Source: Candidatus Omnitrophota bacterium (GTDB taxonomy: Bacteria > Omnitrophota > Omnitrophia > Omnitrophales > Aquincolibacteriaceae). Taken from it: a DNA stretch of 64,000 bases. Shown in pieces: positions 61,262 through 64,000 of the stretch. The stretch's first letter is position 1. Each line of letters starts with the position of its first letter. The stretch spans positions 642 to 64,641 of the forward strand of contig JAKJDL010000008.1 in the NCBI GenBank assembly GCA_022705945.1. The letters run 5' to 3'. The notes under the pieces are model-generated. The model worked only from the letters and a program-made list of their open reading frames with translations, searched no databases and was not told where the DNA came from. The position numbers and the translations under genes were made by a program.

Positions 61262-63451
61262 ATGAATAAAATCCTCCGTCTTTCGATTTTCCTGATCCCG
61301 GCATTATTCGCACCGGGACATCTCCGGGCAGAAACTCCGGCAGCTCCGGACAATGGAAACATGTCGATTGATTGCCTTTCCGTGCCTGACGAGATCGGGA
61401 GAATTAAAGAAAGATTCAAGGGCTCTTTGCCGCGGACTGTCATCCAGATCCAGGATGTGCATGCCCATGCTGTCGCGCAGGAAAATATAGCGGCGATTCT
61501 TACGCGTCTCAAGACCGTTTTCCGGGTTGACCGGGCCGCGCTTGAAGGCGCCTGGATCTCCACTTCCCTTCCCAAAAGCCGTTCTCTCCCCTCTTCGCGC
61601 GAAAAACAGCTTCTTGCAAGAACCTTGATGGAGGAAGCCCTTCTGTCGGGTCCCGTTTACGCCGCGATCCTTTCCCCCTCCCCGATCACTCTCGTCGGCA
61701 TCGAGGATGAAACCCATTATGAAAAAAATCGTCGTCTCTATCTGGAGCATTCCAAGGTCAGGGCGACCATTGCCGAAAAGCTGGCCGTTTACCTTGATCG
61801 GTTGAAACATTCGCAGAAAACCCTGTGGAATCCGGAGCTATCGGCTTTTTATAAACTTCTCGACAGTTATTACATGAAAGGCGATCTTTCCGTTTATCTC
61901 CCGGGGGCATTAAAAGTTTCAGAGGCGCACCGGATCGATCTTTCGGATCTGGAGCAGATCGCGCTCGTCAGGAAGATCACGGCTCTTGAGAAACAGCTTG
62001 AGCGGGAACGCTTTGAAAAAGAAACGAAACAGCTGCTGCGCGAATATAAAAACATGCCTTATACCCTTGAAGAGCTTATCCGTGGCGGACGAATACCCGA
62101 CGAAAAACTGGGTTTTTATCCGGAGATCAAAAAAATTCAGGCTCTCATAAAACTCAGGGATTCCCTCTTGACCGCTCAGCTTTGGCTTGAGCTGGAAACA
62201 ATGGCACAGCGCATCGCAGATTCCCTGATCAAAAACAAGGACGAAAACGAGCTTTGGCAAAAAACAAGGCGCTTTTATCCGGTTCAAGGTGTTCTGTTCC
62301 TGGAGGCAACCCCGGACACTCTCGTTTTTCTTGAAAAAAATCTTGTCGCCGTCCGTGAGGATATGACCGAGGCCGGGCTCTCCGAAGAATTCGGGCTTTC
62401 CCTCGCTTTCTACGCGGCCGTCAAAGAGCGCGACGAAATTTTCGCGAACAAGTTGCTGACAGACCCGTCCCTGCAGGGAACGGTTGCGATAGTCACGGGA
62501 GGATTTCATACCGAAGGTCTCTCCCGCAAATTCCGGGATGCCGGCATCTCTTACATCACGATCTCACCGGAACTTGGTGACGGAGTATTCGATAAGCTTC
62601 TTTATGAGAAGCGATTGACGGAACCTTTAGTAACGGCCGGACAGGCTTCTTCCGTATCCGCGGCTCCCTTCACCGCCAGTCAGACTCTCTCCGAGCTTAG
62701 GAACCGCCTTGCCCGGGCAGATGAACGCTTCCCGCCGAGCCTGGATGTCCTTCTGGAAACCAAAAACATCCTCACTGCCGTCGGCGTTTACAAAGGCGAT
62801 GTTCCTCTCTCCGGCTTGAAAAAATCCGCTTCGTCTTCTTATTCGCAGGGGCCGGACTCCCCGGCCGATGTTTCGAGAAAATCATTAGCCTTGTTTTCGG
62901 CCGAATCTTTTATTCGGCAGTCCAGGGATTCGCAGCTGGCCGAAATCCGCGCGTGGATGGAAAAATCCGGTCGGGCGGATTCCAGGGCCATGCTCGCCGC
63001 GGAAACGGAAGCGATGAAAAAACTTTTAGAAAATCCCGTTTCGGAAGCGTTGTTTGACCGGATGATTGAAGCCGGGGACATCCTCGCCCTCGCTCAAAAC
63101 CGGACTATCGATCCCGCTCGGCTCCCCGACCGGCTTGTTTTTTCGAAGGGCGTCGAACGTTTTGAGGTCCGCAACGAGGATCCTTCGCTTCCGGATATCG
63201 AGGTCCTGCTTCAGGGAACTCCCCGTTTTAAACGCTTCGCCCAGAAATATCCGTTTGCGATCATGAAATCCGGCTACGCGAACGAAAGGTTCGTCGTTCT
63301 CCCGGAATCCCCTGCCGCGCTTGTTCTTTACCGGCTTATCGCGCTGGACGCGGGGCTCTACAGGGCCGCAAGAAATCCGGAGTTCGTGAAATTGCTGGAG
63401 GGGCTTGTAGCCGAGATCCTGTCGAGCGGGATCGTGGAACGGGCCGCTTAA
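61262..63451 (+). CDS. Secreted paralog (729 aa) consisting of the shared N-domain plus an about 290-aa uncharacterised C-terminal tail
   Basis: Signal peptide MNKILRLSIFLIPALFAPGHLRA. IQIQDVHAHAVAQENIAAIL and AIVTGGFHTEGLSRKFRDAGISYITISP are conserved with the two giant proteins. AAGGA RBS upstream. Confidence 0.8.
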   Translation: MNKILRLSIFLIPALFAPGHLRAETPAAPDNGNMSIDCLSVPDEIGRIKERFKGSLPRTVIQIQDVHAHAVAQENIAAILTRLKTVFRVDRAALEGAWISTSLPKSRSLPSSREKQLLARTLMEEALLSGPVYAAILSPSPITLVGIEDETHYEKNRRLYLEHSKVRATIAEKLAVYLDRLKHSQKTLWNPELSAFYKLLDSYYMKGDLSVYLPGALKVSEAHRIDLSDLEQIALVRKITALEKQLERERFEKETKQLLREYKNMPYTLEELIRGGRIPDEKLGFYPEIKKIQALIKLRDSLLTAQLWLELETMAQRIADSLIKNKDENELWQKTRRFYPVQGVLFLEATPDTLVFLEKNLVAVREDMTEAGLSEEFGLSLAFYAAVKERDEIFANKLLTDPSLQGTVAIVTGGFHTEGLSRKFRDAGISYITISPELGDGVFDKLLYEKRLTEPLVTAGQASSVSAAPFTASQTLSELRNRLARADERFPPSLDVLLETKNILTAVGVYKGDVPLSGLKKSASSSYSQGPDSPADVSRKSLALFSAESFIRQSRDSQLAEIRAWMEKSGRADSRAMLAAETEAMKKLLENPVSEALFDRMIEAGDILALAQNRTIDPARLPDRLVFSKGVERFEVRNEDPSLPDIEVLLQGTPRFKRFAQKYPFAIMKSGYANERFVVLPESPAALVLYRLIALDAGLYRAARNPEFVKLLEGLVAEILSSGIVERAA

Positions 63452-63484
63452 AACCGCCGCGCAAGCGGCGGGCGGAGTCAAACG

Positions 63485-63937
63485 TCATCCGGTGATTTTC
63501 TCGGCTCTTTCCTTCCAGTTCAAAAGCGTCGCCGAAAAACTCTGGTCCAGAATATCCCGGACTTTCTGCTCCCCGAGAAGCATCCCCGCGACGCCGAGGT
63601 CCCACTCGACTCTGACTGAAACTTCAACGGCTTCCTCTTTTTTCCCGAAAGCATGAGTCCGTTTCATGATACCGTTCATGGGGAGTTTGCTTTCGATCAC
63701 GGCGCGCTCCATCGGTTCCCACACGGTGATCTCATTCTCGGTTTCGAGATGCTGGCGGCCAAACTCGCAGGACTCGCGCCATCGCAACCCCTTCCCTTCC
63801 GTGACAGCTCCGGTCCGCTCGCTTTCCTTGACACCGTCGATCCATTCCGGCATACGCTTCACGTCGGCCAGGAGTCCCCATACGGCTTCAATCGGGGCAT
63901 TGATCAAAATAGATTTAGTAAGTAGATGCATAAACAC
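63485..63937 (-). CDS. SRPBCC (Bet v1/polyketide-cyclase-like) family protein
   Basis: 150 aa. N-terminal INAPIEAVWGLLADVKRMPEWIDGVKE is typical of the SRPBCC/polyketide_cyc2 fold. Confidence 0.55.
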   Translation of the reverse strand: MFMHLLTKSILINAPIEAVWGLLADVKRMPEWIDGVKESERTGAVTEGKGLRWRESCEFGRQHLETENEITVWEPMERAVIESKLPMNGIMKRTHAFGKKEEAVEVSVRVEWDLGVAGMLLGEQKVRDILDQSFSATLLNWKERAEKITG

Positions 63938-64000
63938 CGCAAGACAACGGATTGGGGACGGAGGAAGTCGATAGACTGAATCTTGCGCTACCCGCTATCC

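Overview
This 64-kb window looks like high-GC bacterial DNA, plausibly from an uncultured lineage known for giant genes (Omnitrophota-like). That placement is a guess from gene content and cannot be confirmed without a database. About half of the window is ordinary: a DEAD-box helicase, gpmA, hemW, SOD, thyA-folA, a GldA/GldFG-type ABC system, split transketolase, GGT and an M24 peptidase.

Two things stand out.

1. Three paralogous secreted proteins share a ~450-aa N-terminal domain I could not assign to a named family, and carry completely different C-terminal cargo.
 - A 7155-aa protein (21.5 kb ORF, 39305-60772, minus strand) carries an S8 subtilisin, a multi-pass transmembrane block, and a chain of sugar/glucan-metabolism enzymes fused in one frame: complete phosphoglucose isomerase, a PPDK-type nucleotide-binding plus phospho-His dikinase module with no PEP/pyruvate domain, GT5 glycogen synthase and a GT35-like glucan phosphorylase.
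 - A 2359-aa protein (15497-22576, minus strand) carries Nudix, SAM-methyltransferase, PP2C phosphatase and GNAT-like modules.
 - A 729-aa protein (61262-63451, plus strand) has the same N-domain and a short tail with no recognisable motifs.
 - The module junctions of the two largest proteins are punctuated by a strongly over-represented peptide motif R-S-E-[T/V/A/M/L/I]-R, encoded with varying codons. I read it as a candidate processing or linker signal for a polyprotein-like system.

2. A six-gene, translationally coupled (ATGA overlaps) complex-I/hydrogenase-4-like membrane module (5545-13138, minus strand). Its NuoD/HycE-like large subunit has visibly lost the [NiFe] cysteine ligands, so it is Ehr-like.

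Smaller observations include a tandem 19-bp repeat in the giant gene's leader, a G-rich palindrome in the divergent paralog promoter, an AT-rich island, and a structured leader upstream of a DAACS transporter.

All domain calls come from motif reading, not database searches.
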